Below, in pieces: positions 8,827 through 16,876 of a stretch of DNA of 51,167 nt. Position numbers and translations under genes: made by a program. Origin of the DNA: a virus; the IMG/VR virus record IMGVR_UViG_3300044462_000123. The stretch is one strand, 5' to 3'. The number at the start of each line of letters is the position of its first letter. Position 1 is the first letter of the stretch. Under the pieces are notes generated by a model. It did no database searches and was not told where the DNA came from. It was given only the letters and a program-made list of their open reading frames with translations.

Positions 8827-9916
8827 CAGGGGATTCGACGCGCGCGCCTTCGTCGCCCACCAGTCGGGCGAGGTCTCGCAGCTCAAGGCCGAGCGCGATC
8901 GGCTCCTGAAGAAGCTGGCGCACTACCAGGATGGCGGCGGTCTCATCGTCGAGGCCGTCGCGGCCGCCTTTGCCGAGCACGCGCCACAGATCGCTGCGCC
9001 ACCGGCGCCGGCGCACGTCGGCAAGGGCCGTGACGTCGAGGTGGCCGTGGTGCACCTGTCCGACGTCCAGTACGGCAAGCGCACCGCCAGCTACAACAGC
9101 CACGTCGCCGACGAGCGCATCGCGCTGCTGGGCCGCAAGGTCGAGGAGATCACGGCCCTGCGCCGGAACGCCGCCACGATCCGCGAGTGCCGCCTCTACG
9201 TGGGCGGCGACATCGTCGAGGGTGAGGACATCTTCCCAGGGCAGGCCTACGAGATCGACCAGGGCGTCTTCGATCAGGCCGTGCGCGGCGCGCCGACGGC
9301 CATCGCTTCACTCGTGCTGCACCTGCTCCGCATCTTCGAGCGCGTGCACGTCGTGTCGGTCTCTGGCAACCACGGTCGCAACGGCCGCAAGGGCAGCAAC
9401 GGCAGCCACAAGACCAACTGGGACAGCGTGGCCAGCCGCGTCCTCGAGCTGATGCTGCTGGGCCCGCACGCGCCGGCCGAGCTGCGCAAGCGCCTGACGA
9501 TCGTCGTCGAGGACGAGCGGTTCTACAACGTCGACCGCGTCTTCGACTGGGGCAACCTCGTGGTGCACGGCGACCAGATCACCGGTGGATTCGCTGGGTT
9601 CCCGTGGTACGGCACCGCGAAGAAGGCGTGGGGGTGGATCGACTCCATTCCGGCACCGTGGGACTATCTGTGGTTCGGGCACTTCCACACCTTCGCGTCG
9701 GCTGTGCTGAACCACCGGACCTTCCTCGCGAACGGCACGACCGAGAGCGACAATGCCTACGCGCAGGCGCAACTGGCGGCGGCGGGCTTCCCGTGCCAGC
9801 GGCTGTCCTACTTCAACCGCGCGCACGGCCTCATCGCGGACCACCAGGTCTTCCTGTCGCGAGAGCGCCGGCCGCACAAGATGAGGGCCGAGGCATGGCG
9901 GAAGGCGCACGCATGA
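8801..9916 (+). CDS. Calcineurin-like metallophosphoesterase
   Basis: Ordered motifs VVHLSDVQYG, GGDIVEG, SGNHGRN, VVHGD, GHFH. The first motif has Gln where DxH is usual. Confidence 0.8.
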   Translation: MKKRTARTDRGFDARAFVAHQSGEVSQLKAERDRLLKKLAHYQDGGGLIVEAVAAAFAEHAPQIAAPPAPAHVGKGRDVEVAVVHLSDVQYGKRTASYNSHVADERIALLGRKVEEITALRRNAATIRECRLYVGGDIVEGEDIFPGQAYEIDQGVFDQAVRGAPTAIASLVLHLLRIFERVHVVSVSGNHGRNGRKGSNGSHKTNWDSVASRVLELMLLGPHAPAELRKRLTIVVEDERFYNVDRVFDWGNLVVHGDQITGGFAGFPWYGTAKKAWGWIDSIPAPWDYLWFGHFHTFASAVLNHRTFLANGTTESDNAYAQAQLAAAGFPCQRLSYFNRAHGLIADHQVFLSRERRPHKMRAEAWRKAHA

Positions 9917-10101
9917 CGACGCAGGACGAAAGCCTGCGCGCCGTGGACAACACGCGCCTCTTCCTGCTGGCCCTGCTGGACCCAAAGCGGACGCCCGGGG
10001 TGCCGCGCACGATCCGGCAGTGGGCCAGCCGCCTGGCGAAGCACTACCCGAGCAGCGCCCTCGATCTGATCGACCGCTCGCTGCGGGACGAGGTGCGATG
10101 A
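9913..10101 (+). CDS. Hypothetical protein (62 aa)
   Basis: ATGA overlaps at both ends. High GC3. Confidence 0.5.
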   Translation: MTTQDESLRAVDNTRLFLLALLDPKRTPGVPRTIRQWASRLAKHYPSSALDLIDRSLRDEVR

Positions 10102-10439
10102 CCCTGCACCGTTCCGTCGGCTTCCTGCCGTTGCTACGCAGCCTGCGCCAGCACTGCCCGCCGGTGCTGCCCATGAGGGTCCGGCGCTGCAAGATCCCAG
10201 CGTCGGTGGGCGCGATCGCCGACTGCGCGCTCATGTCGGACGACGAGGGGAAGCCGTCGCACTTCTCCATCCGCGTGGACTCCCGGCTGCCGGAGATCGC
10301 TGCGTGTGACGCCTTGGCGCACGAGGTCGCGCACGCGCTGGCCTACACGACGGAACACCCGGCGTTCCTGGATCACGGGCCCGAGTGGGGATTGGCGATG
10401 GCACGGGTCTACCGCGCGCACGAGGCGCTGCTGAGGTGA
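10098..10439 (+). CDS. Putative zinc metalloprotease-like protein (HExxH, SprT-like)
   Basis: ALAHEVAHALAY...EHPAFLDHGPEW: an HExxH motif plus downstream His residues. Family assignment is tentative. Confidence 0.55.
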   Translation: MTLHRSVGFLPLLRSLRQHCPPVLPMRVRRCKIPASVGAIADCALMSDDEGKPSHFSIRVDSRLPEIAACDALAHEVAHALAYTTEHPAFLDHGPEWGLAMARVYRAHEALLR

Positions 10440-10771
10440 CCGCGGTCGAGCAGCTCGTCGAGCGCCTGCACCGCGGCGACCGTGTGCGGCTATTCCTCAG
10501 CGGTCCGATGACATCGGTCCCGGGCTGGAACTACTTCGCCTTCCAGCACGCAGCCGGCATCTGGCGCGCGCGGGGCTTCGACGTCTTCAACCCGGCAGAT
10601 CTGTTCGGTGGCCGGACCGACCTCCCGCGGCGCGAGTACATCCGGGCGGGCGTCCTCGAGCTGGTCGAGTGCGACGTGCTGCTCCAGCTCCCGGGCTGGG
10701 AGGCTTCGCCCGGCGCGCGGCTGGAGTACGACTTCGCCTGCGAGCTGGACCTCGAGATCACCGACGCGTGA
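10436..10771 (+). CDS. DUF4406-like (nucleoside 2-deoxyribosyltransferase-like fold) protein
   Basis: LFLSGPMTSVPGWNYFAF..AAGIWRARGFDVFNPADL...ECDVLLQLPGWEASPGARLEYDFA matches the remembered DUF4406 pattern. Confidence 0.7.
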   Translation: MTAVEQLVERLHRGDRVRLFLSGPMTSVPGWNYFAFQHAAGIWRARGFDVFNPADLFGGRTDLPRREYIRAGVLELVECDVLLQLPGWEASPGARLEYDFACELDLEITDA

Positions 10772-11067
10772 CACCCCTCGAGCAGCTCGCCCGCACGCGC
10801 GTCGAAGTCCTCGGCGTGCGGCAGTACGGCCCGTACCAGCCGGGCCGCTACGACACCGCGGCGCGGCTGCGCAACGCGCGGGAAGAGCTGGCCGACCTCT
10901 TCGCGTACGCCGTGCTGTTCGACCGCGTGGAGCGGCCGGCGAACGAGGCCGAGCGGTACGCGGTGCGCCTTCTCTGTGAGCGGCTGTGGGCCGCCCTGGA
11001 CGCGCAGGCGGGGGCCCCGCGGATCGAGTCGCCCGGGGAGCCGGAGTGCGGGGCGCCGACGGCGTAG
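10768..11067 (+). CDS. Hypothetical protein (99 aa); last gene of the rightward transcription unit
   Basis: GTGA overlap at the start and a TAG stop at 11065-11067. High GC3. Confidence 0.55.
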   Translation: MTPLEQLARTRVEVLGVRQYGPYQPGRYDTAARLRNAREELADLFAYAVLFDRVERPANEAERYAVRLLCERLWAALDAQAGAPRIESPGEPECGAPTA

Positions 11068-11076
11068 GGCGCCGGG

Positions 11077-11520
11077 CTAAACTCCCAAACCTCCAAATAA
11101 CTCGGAGGTTCGTGCGGGCCGAGCCCGGGGCCCCGCCTGCGGTGGGCCCGGCAGCTCCCTGCGCGGCGCATCCTTCGCGGCGTCGGCGTCGGCGTCGCGG
11201 GCCGCGCGCTGCGCCTCGCTGATGACCAGCGCCCGGGCGTGCACCGCCGGGATGCGCTTCAGGCGGCAGTTGAGGTCGAGTGGCCCTGGCTGCCACGGGT
11301 CGTGCCGGTAGGCGATGGCGCCTGCCTGCGGCATCGGCTGCTCGCGGACGTAGATCGCGCAGCGGGCCTGACCGGCGCGCCCGATGATCTCGCGGGTGGC
11401 GGCGTCGGCCGGCTCGCGGTTCGTGTGGGGCCCGCACAGCGCGGCCGGCGGGGTCTCCTCGAGGAAGGTCGCGCCGTCGAAGGGCCCGGCGACCAGGCGC
11501 AGCGGGCGCGGCCCGGTCAC
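11077..11520 (-). CDS. Hypothetical protein (147 aa), distal gene of the leftward operon
   Basis: GTGA overlap with the upstream minus-strand gene. The last ~10 codons are AT-rich and coincide with the hairpin. Confidence 0.55.
   Translation of the reverse strand: MTGPRPLRLVAGPFDGATFLEETPPAALCGPHTNREPADAATREIIGRAGQARCAIYVREQPMPQAGAIAYRHDPWQPGPLDLNCRLKRIPAVHARALVISEAQRAARDADADAAKDAPRRELPGPPQAGPRARPARTSELFGGLGV
11088..11110 (-). terminator. AT-rich hairpin between convergent operons; candidate intrinsic terminator of the leftward operon
   Basis: AACCTCC (11088-11094) pairs with GGAGGTT (11104-11110) around a 9-nt loop. On the minus-strand RNA it is followed by UUUGGGAGUUU. This is one of the few AT-rich spots in the window and overlaps the last codons of 11077-11520. 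Confidence 0.55.
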
Positions 11521-11768
11521 AGGCGCCGCATGTCACGCTGCTCTCGCGCGATCTGCTCAAGCGACTTGGCACCTGGCGGGAAGGACGGATCGGCGGGCGG
11601 AGGTCCGCGCGCCTCGTCGAGCTTGGCGTTGTCGCGCATGACCCAGCAGATCACGAGCCCGATGGGCCCGAGCAGCGCGCCCAGCAGCGCGCCGGCGAGG
11701 CCCTTGCCGAACCGCTCCAGCGTCATGTAGCCGATCGCGCCGCAGGCGATCCAGAAGACGATCAGCAT
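11517..11768 (-). CDS. Small membrane protein (83 aa, two hydrophobic helices)
   Basis: MLIVFWIACGAIGYM and LAGALLGALLGPIGLVICWVM hydrophobic segments. High GC3. Confidence 0.6.
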   Translation of the reverse strand: MLIVFWIACGAIGYMTLERFGKGLAGALLGALLGPIGLVICWVMRDNAKLDEARGPPPADPSFPPGAKSLEQIAREQRDMRRL

Positions 11769-11778
11769 CGGTTGGCGC

Positions 11779-12390
11779 TCACGGCGTGACCGCCGAGAGT
11801 GGCAGCGCCAAGCTCAGTCCGTGCAGCTTGTACTTCACCTTGCATGGCGCTTCGTGGTCGCCGGCATCCGACGTGCCAGTCAGCGTGAACGAGGCCTTAC
11901 CGAACAGGCGCACGACGCCGTTCTTCTTGTCGACCTTCAGCTTCGCCGAGACCTTGTGCTTCACGACGGTGTCGAACGTGGCGTCGATCACGATGGTGGC
12001 ATACTGGCTGGTGAGGTCGTAGACCAGCTCGTGCAGCCAGCCCTCGAGCTGCTGCGCGCCGGCGGCGTCAAGGACCATGGTGGCGACCTTGCCAGACTTC
12101 GTCAGGGCGCCCCACGGGCCGCTCATGATCGGCGGCGGGCCAGGCGGCTTCACGAAGTCCCAGTGTCCGTCGTCCCCCAGCGCCAGGTGCCCGCTGCCGG
12201 GGACCTTGATCTTCATGTGCAGGGTCTTGTTGAACCAGTGGGCCGTGCCACCGACGGAGACCACCGCGTCGGAGAAGGTCCACTCGGTGCCAAACAGGTC
12301 GTAGGCCGGCGGCTGCGGCGGCGTGGCGGCCAGCAGGAGCGCCGCGACGCACGCGGCCGCGAGGCGCCAGCGGACGAGTAATCGAGCCAT
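11779..12390 (-). CDS. Secreted protein of unknown function (203 aa, Sec-type signal peptide)
   Basis: MARLLVRWRLAAACVAALLLAATPP signal-like N-terminus. GGAGAAGG Shine-Dalgarno just upstream of the ATG (complement of 12388-12390). First gene leftward from the switch. Confidence 0.7.
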   Translation of the reverse strand: MARLLVRWRLAAACVAALLLAATPPQPPAYDLFGTEWTFSDAVVSVGGTAHWFNKTLHMKIKVPGSGHLALGDDGHWDFVKPPGPPPIMSGPWGALTKSGKVATMVLDAAGAQQLEGWLHELVYDLTSQYATIVIDATFDTVVKHKVSAKLKVDKKNGVVRLFGKASFTLTGTSDAGDHEAPCKVKYKLHGLSLALPLSAVTP

Positions 12391-12589
12391 AGCCTTCTCC
12401 GGCCCCAACTGCGGGAGCCTACTCCCGCTGCAACTACCTGTCCACACGCTGGTTATGCGCATGCCGTAACAGCATGCGAAAATGCTTGCGTAGTCTGCAT
12501 GCATTAGTGCTATAGTTGCCGCCATGAGCAGGCCGAAAAGGCCACCACCGGAGGCAACGCAATGCGAGATTCCAAGAGGGCATGCGCCG
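12391..12589. promoter_or_regulatory. Divergent promoter/operator (genetic switch) region
   Basis: Lower-GC gap between divergent genes with four GCATGC hexamers (12459, 12472, 12497, 12580). Candidate leftward promoter: -35 TTCGCA (complement of 12475-12480), 17-nt spacer, -10 CATAAC (complement of 12452-12457). Candidate rightward promoter: TTGCGT (12486-12491), 19-nt spacer, TATAGT (12511-12516). Confidence 0.55.
12458..12478. promoter_or_regulatory. Candidate operator: inverted repeat CGCATGC-N7-GCATGCG
   Basis: Perfect 7-bp arms at 12458-12464 and 12472-12478. They fill the spacer of the candidate leftward promoter. Confidence 0.5.
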
Positions 12590-12817
12590 ATGTACGATCC
12601 TGCGACCATGGTCACCCCGAAGCCCTTCTCCGAGACCTTCAAGGTGCTCCGCGAGCAACTGGGCCTGACGCAGATGGAAGCGGCCGTGCTGCTCGACTCG
12701 ACGCCGTCGCAGGTGTCGCGGTGGGAGGGCGGCACCAGCGTGCCACACACGCTGACGCAGGAGGGCATCCTCGCGCGGCTGCGGAAGGCCGGCCGCAAAG
12801 GCAAGCCCGCCGGCTGA
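12590..12817 (+). CDS. XRE-family HTH transcriptional regulator (Cro/CI-like)
   Basis: FKVLREQLGLTQMEAAVLLDSTPSQVSRWEGGTSVP is a classic HTH_3 pattern. AAGAGGG Shine-Dalgarno lies 9 nt before ATG 12590. The ORF is open from ATG 12524, but those 22 codons have low GC3. Confidence 0.8.
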   Translation: MYDPATMVTPKPFSETFKVLREQLGLTQMEAAVLLDSTPSQVSRWEGGTSVPHTLTQEGILARLRKAGRKGKPAG

Positions 12818-12885
12818 CCCCGCCGTCCGGCCGGGGCGCGCCGCGCGCCCTGCTGCCCGAGTCCTGCCCGCGCGACCCGCGGCCG

Positions 12886-13125
12886 GTGTACCTGCTGCCG
12901 TGGCGCGGCTTCCCCGCGCCCATCGCGTGGCACGTCGGGGAGTGCCTGTGCGGCGCCACGGCGCGCGTGGTGCTGGGCCAGTCGCTGGAGTGCCCCCGCT
13001 GCGCTGAGCGCGGCTGGCGGGCCTACCACTCGGCCAACAGGCTCTTCGCGGCCATGGGGCGCAAGGACGGCGTGGCCTTCGCCGCGGCGGCCTTCGACCT
13101 GCTGGCGCCGCGGGTGGGGGCCTGA
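12886..13125 (+). CDS. Small zinc-ribbon-like protein (CxC...CxxC)
   Basis: Near-100% GC3; HVGECLCGATARVVLGQSLECPRCAERGW. The start is uncertain: GTG 12886 is the first canonical start, but the frame stays open with high GC3 back to 12817. Confidence 0.5.
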   Translation: MYLLPWRGFPAPIAWHVGECLCGATARVVLGQSLECPRCAERGWRAYHSANRLFAAMGRKDGVAFAAAAFDLLAPRVGA

Positions 13126-13127
13126 CG

Positions 13128-13538
13128 ATGGGGACGCTTGACTCCACCGGCGGCGTGCGGCACCCTGCCGCGGTCGAAGCAGCCGCTTCCCGGGCAGGGG
13201 TGCCCGGGATGCCGAAACAGGAACCGTCGCAGACGCAGCAGGCGCCCGCCTCCAAGGCGGCGCCGCGCGCAGTCCTTCGTGCCGCCAGCGACTTGCGGGC
13301 CGGCGATGAGGTCTACTGCACCATCGGCTCGGCCGGCGCTGAGCCGACGCGCGAATCCGCCCAGCGGCTGATTGCCGGCGGCGCCGCCGGCGACGTCGTG
13401 GAGTCCGTCGAGTCCTTCCGCCGCTCGGTGGACGTGACGTTCGCCGGGCGCGCGGGCGCCATGATGATGGGGCCAGGCGAGCTCGTGGTGGTCGTCGAGC
13501 GCGAGGCGGTGCATGGCGGCGCGGGTGGTGCACCGTGA
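13128..13538 (+). CDS. Hypothetical protein (136 aa)
   Basis: ATG start 3 nt after the upstream stop. GTGA overlap downstream. Confidence 0.55.
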   Translation: MGTLDSTGGVRHPAAVEAAASRAGVPGMPKQEPSQTQQAPASKAAPRAVLRAASDLRAGDEVYCTIGSAGAEPTRESAQRLIAGGAAGDVVESVESFRRSVDVTFAGRAGAMMMGPGELVVVVEREAVHGGAGGAP

Positions 13539-14620
13539 CGGCCACCGAGGCTCCGACTCTCCCGCTGCTCACGGTATCAAGCGCGCGCACGTTCAAGCGT
13601 TGCGCACGCGAGTACCAGCTCCGCAATGAACTACTCTTGGAGCCCGCTGGCGAGAAGGCCGCGGCGCTTCGGTTTGGCGCGCTCATCCATGCGGGCCTCG
13701 AGGCGTGGTGGCTGGTGCCGTCCGGGCCAGGCCCTCGGCTGGAATCCGCTCTGCTCGCCATCCAGCCGCCACCCGGTGAAGAGCGCGACCCCTTCGACCA
13801 GGTGCGAGCCGAGGAGATGCTCAGGGGCTACGACGCACGCTGGGCCGCCGCCGGCATCGAGGCGCTGTCCGTCGAGGCGCAGTTCCTGACCGAGCTGCGT
13901 AACCCGGAGACAGGCGCGCCTTCCAGGACGTGGAGCCTCGCCGGAAAGATCGACGCCGTCGCGCGGCTGCCCGACGGTCGCGTCGTGCTGGTTGAGCACA
14001 AGACCAGCTCGGACGACATCATGCCCGGCTCGGACTACTGGAAGCGGCTCGTGATCGACGCACAGGTGTCCACGTACTTCGTGGCGGCCCGCGCGCTCGG
14101 CTTCGACGTGTCAGCCTGCCTGTACGACGTGCTCGGCAAGCCGACGATCAAGCCGCGCGCCATCCCGCTCACCGACGCCGACGGAGTCAAGATCGTCCTG
14201 GACGCGGCCGCCGCGCGCGTGCGCACGAAGGACGGCAAGAAGTACCGCGAGACGGCCGATGCCGAGCAGGGCTTTGTTCTGCAGACGCGCCCAGAGACGC
14301 CCGAGGAGTATCGCGCGCGGCTGCGCGCCGACATCGCCAGTGCGCCCGAGGCGTACTACCAGCGTGGCGAGGTCGTGCGTCTCGAGGAGGAGGAGCGCGA
14401 CGCGGCCTTCGATGTCTGGCAGATCGGCCGCGAGATCCGCGACGCGCAGCTCGCCGGCCGCTGGCCGCGGAACCCGGATGCGTGCATCCGGTACGGCAGG
14501 CAGTGCGACTACTGGCCGGCCTGTTCCCGCACGGCCTCGCTCGACGACCCCGCCGCCTTCCGCAGGCGTGAGCGCGCGCACAGCGAGCTGACGATGGGGG
14601 CCGCCGATGCGAAGGCTTGA
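13535..14620 (+). CDS. PD-(D/E)XK exonuclease, Cas4-like (four-Cys cluster)
   Basis: [15 protein letters not shown] (N-terminal Cys), [19 protein letters not shown] (D...ExK) and C-terminal [14 protein letters not shown]. Confidence 0.8.
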   Translation: MTATEAPTLPLLTVSSARTFKRCAREYQLRNELLLEPAGEKAAALRFGALIHAGLEAWWLVPSGPGPRLESALLAIQPPPGEERDPFDQVRAEEMLRGYDARWAAAGIEALSVEAQFLTELRNPETGAPSRTWSLAGKIDAVARLPDGRVVLVEHKTSSDDIMPGSDYWKRLVIDAQVSTYFVAARALGFDVSACLYDVLGKPTIKPRAIPLTDADGVKIVLDAAAARVRTKDGKKYRETADAEQGFVLQTRPETPEEYRARLRADIASAPEAYYQRGEVVRLEEEERDAAFDVWQIGREIRDAQLAGRWPRNPDACIRYGRQCDYWPACSRTASLDDPAAFRRRERAHSELTMGAADAKA

Positions 14621-15176
14621 TCTGGCTGGCCAGCGATTCGGGCGACTCGCTGTCGTGGCTTTCTCATGCGCGACCCACGGTAGGACGTGGTGGGCGTGCC
14701 TTTGCGATTGCGGGCAGAGCGTCGTCCGCAACTCAAATGTCCTGAAGTATGGAAAGACGCGCTCCTGCGGTTGCTTGGTGCGGGACACGGCCAGGGCGAA
14801 CGGCGCTAAGAGCCGCGGCCCCGCGCCCAAGCATGGGCACACAGTCGGTGGTCGCAAGTCTCCCGAGTACGCCATCTGGTCGGCCATGAAGCGCCGCTGC
14901 AGTCCGAAGGCCGGCGCGGAAGCCCGGCCTAAGTACTTCGCTCGCGGCATCCGGGTCTGCGCGCGCTGGGCGGACTTCGAGGCGTTCTTCGCCGACATGG
15001 GCCCGCGTCCCGGCGAGCGGCACTCCATCGACCGCATCGACAACGACGGCGATTACCAGCCGGGCAACTGCCGCTGGGCCACGGCCCGCGAGCAGGCCAA
15101 CAACCGCCGCGCGCGCCGCACGCGCGCACAAATCAACGCCTCACTGTCAACCAGTCGTTCCCCTATTGGAGCCTGA
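14607..15176 (+). CDS. HNH-type homing-endonuclease-like protein
   Basis: [10 protein letters not shown]...WWACLCDCG...SCGC N-terminal Cys cluster and [30 protein letters not shown]-terminus. Overlaps the nuclease gene by 14 nt. Confidence 0.7.
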   Translation: MRRLDLAGQRFGRLAVVAFSCATHGRTWWACLCDCGQSVVRNSNVLKYGKTRSCGCLVRDTARANGAKSRGPAPKHGHTVGGRKSPEYAIWSAMKRRCSPKAGAEARPKYFARGIRVCARWADFEAFFADMGPRPGERHSIDRIDNDGDYQPGNCRWATAREQANNRRARRTRAQINASLSTSRSPIGA

Positions 15177-15178
15177 CC

Positions 15179-16153
15179 GTGTCCACCGCACCCGCAGCCC
15201 CCGCCGTCCAGTCACCTAAGGTGACACTGTCCGCCATCACGCGCGGCAAGATCCGGCGCCCGCGCCGCATCCTCGCCTATGGCCCCGAGGGCGTCGGCAA
15301 GTCGACGTTCGGCTCAGACGCGCCCGGCGCCGTGTTCCTCGCGCCCGAGGATGGCACAGCGCAGCTAGATGCCGCGCGCCTTCCGGAGCCCGCGACGTGG
15401 GCCGACGCGATGGCCGGGCTTGACGCGCTCGGCAGTCAACCGCATGAGTTCAAGACGCTGGTCATCGACACGCTGGATTGGCTTGAGCCGCTGATCAGCG
15501 CGCACGTCTGCTCGCTCAACGGCTGGAAGTCTCTCGAGGACCCAGGCTACGGCCGCGGCGCGGCGGCTGCGCTCGACGTCTGGCGCGCGCTGCTCGCCCG
15601 CCTCGACGGCCTGCGCAACAGGTGCGGCATGGACATCATCCTGCTCGCGCACTCGCAGATGCGCACCTTCCGCAACCCCGAAGGCGAGGACTTCGACCGC
15701 TACGAGCTGAAGCTGCAGCCGAAGGCGAGCGGGCTGTGCAAGGAGTGGTGCGACGCCGTGCTGTTCGTCAACTACGAGACGCTGACCCACAAGAAGGACG
15801 GCAGGACGCGCGGCCTCTCCACCGGCGCGCGCTTCATCCACACTGAGCGGCGCGCGGCCTTCGACGCGAAGAACCGCTACAGCTTGCCTGAGCAGCTCCC
15901 GCTGTCCTGGCCCGACTTCGACGCGGCGGCGAAGGCCGGGCAGGTTGACACGACGGAGAACCTGCGCGCCCAGGTCGACGCGCTGCTGCCGCGCGTCGAC
16001 GCGGACACGCGCGGCAAGGCCGAGGCGTGGCTGTCCAACGCGGCCAACAGCAACCCGCGGTCGCTCGCGCAGATGGCCGACCGGCTGCGCGCGCGCGCCG
16101 AGATCCTGAATCCCAACAACAGCGCCGAGCAGGCGCAGGAGACCGTCAAGTGA
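15179..16153 (+). CDS. AAA_24 / Sak4-like RecA-fold ATPase (recombination)
   Basis: Walker A ILAYGPEGVGKST and Walker B-like TLVIDTLD. Usual partner of Cas4-like nuclease and SSB-like genes. Confidence 0.8.
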   Translation: MSTAPAAPAVQSPKVTLSAITRGKIRRPRRILAYGPEGVGKSTFGSDAPGAVFLAPEDGTAQLDAARLPEPATWADAMAGLDALGSQPHEFKTLVIDTLDWLEPLISAHVCSLNGWKSLEDPGYGRGAAAALDVWRALLARLDGLRNRCGMDIILLAHSQMRTFRNPEGEDFDRYELKLQPKASGLCKEWCDAVLFVNYETLTHKKDGRTRGLSTGARFIHTERRAAFDAKNRYSLPEQLPLSWPDFDAAAKAGQVDTTENLRAQVDALLPRVDADTRGKAEAWLSNAANSNPRSLAQMADRLRARAEILNPNNSAEQAQETVK

Positions 16154-16707
16154 GCATCATCGCCGGCAAGTACCGGGCCCGCGCCATCGCGTCGAGCGTC
16201 CAGTGGGGCGTCTCGAGCAACAACAACGAGCAGGTGGCCGTGACCTTCGAAATCGTGGGGGGCGAGTTCAACGGGTTCCACACGACGTGGGTCGGCAACT
16301 TCAGCGAGCGCGGCCAGGAGATCGCGCTTAAGGCGCTGCGCGCGTGCGGCTGGAATGGTGACGACCTGACGGATCTGTCGGGCATCGAAGCCAACGAGGT
16401 CGAGCTGGTGCTGAAGGAGGAAACCTACACCGGATCGGACGGCGTGGAGCGCACGACGGTGAAGGTCCAGTGGGTCAACGGCGGCGGGAAGTTCGAGTTC
16501 CGCAAGCCGCTGGACCGCGGTGGCCTCGCGGCCTTCGCCGCGAAGATGAAGGGCGCGGCCGTGGCCTCGCGCCAGCCGCAGGCGAGCGGCGACGGGAGCG
16601 GCCGGCCGCGCATCGCCAAGCCGGCCGAGGTCGGCAAGACGCCCGGCGGCAATCCGATGTCCGAGCAGATGGACAACGCGCAGGAAGCAACCGAACTCCC
16701 CTTCTAG
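16150..16707 (+). CDS. Single-stranded-DNA-binding protein-like (DUF669 / gp2.5-type) with acidic C-terminal tail
   Basis: Position after the Sak4-like ATPase. Gly/Pro-rich linker and C-terminal ...MDNAQEATELPF resembling SSB tips. Confidence 0.65.
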   Translation: MSIIAGKYRARAIASSVQWGVSSNNNEQVAVTFEIVGGEFNGFHTTWVGNFSERGQEIALKALRACGWNGDDLTDLSGIEANEVELVLKEETYTGSDGVERTTVKVQWVNGGGKFEFRKPLDRGGLAAFAAKMKGAAVASRQPQASGDGSGRPRIAKPAEVGKTPGGNPMSEQMDNAQEATELPF

Positions 16708-16876
16708 GGGGGCGGCGCGCGAAGCATTCATTGAGAGGAAGTCGCCCTGGGAGGGCTGGTCTGGTGGTTGGGTTCGACTGCAGGACGTGGACGCGGGTGC
16801 GAGTGAGCTGTTCCGTTGGCCGGGGCATCGGCGTGCGTGCCGGTGCTCCGGCCTCTTTGTTCGGCGTGGGCTGGCC

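Noticed and set aside
10490-11572. 360-aa minus-strand ORF across the convergent junction
   Set aside because: It is out of frame with the better-supported minus genes and antisense to the DUF4406-like gene. Its composition is typical of off-frame GC-rich translation.
11779-13761. 660-aa minus-strand ORF spanning the switch region
   Set aside because: Only the last 203 codons (11779-12390) look like a real protein, with a signal peptide and Shine-Dalgarno sequence. The upstream part runs antisense through the HTH gene and other plus-strand genes and is Arg/Pro/Ala low-complexity.
16708-16876. Possible tRNA in this and the other intergenic gaps (33416-33629, 38812-38902, 39704-39813, 41029-41118)
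   Set aside because: GGTTCGA-like strings are present (for example near 16770 and 33545), but the flanking bases do not form T-arm or acceptor stems. No cloverleaf could be drawn by eye.
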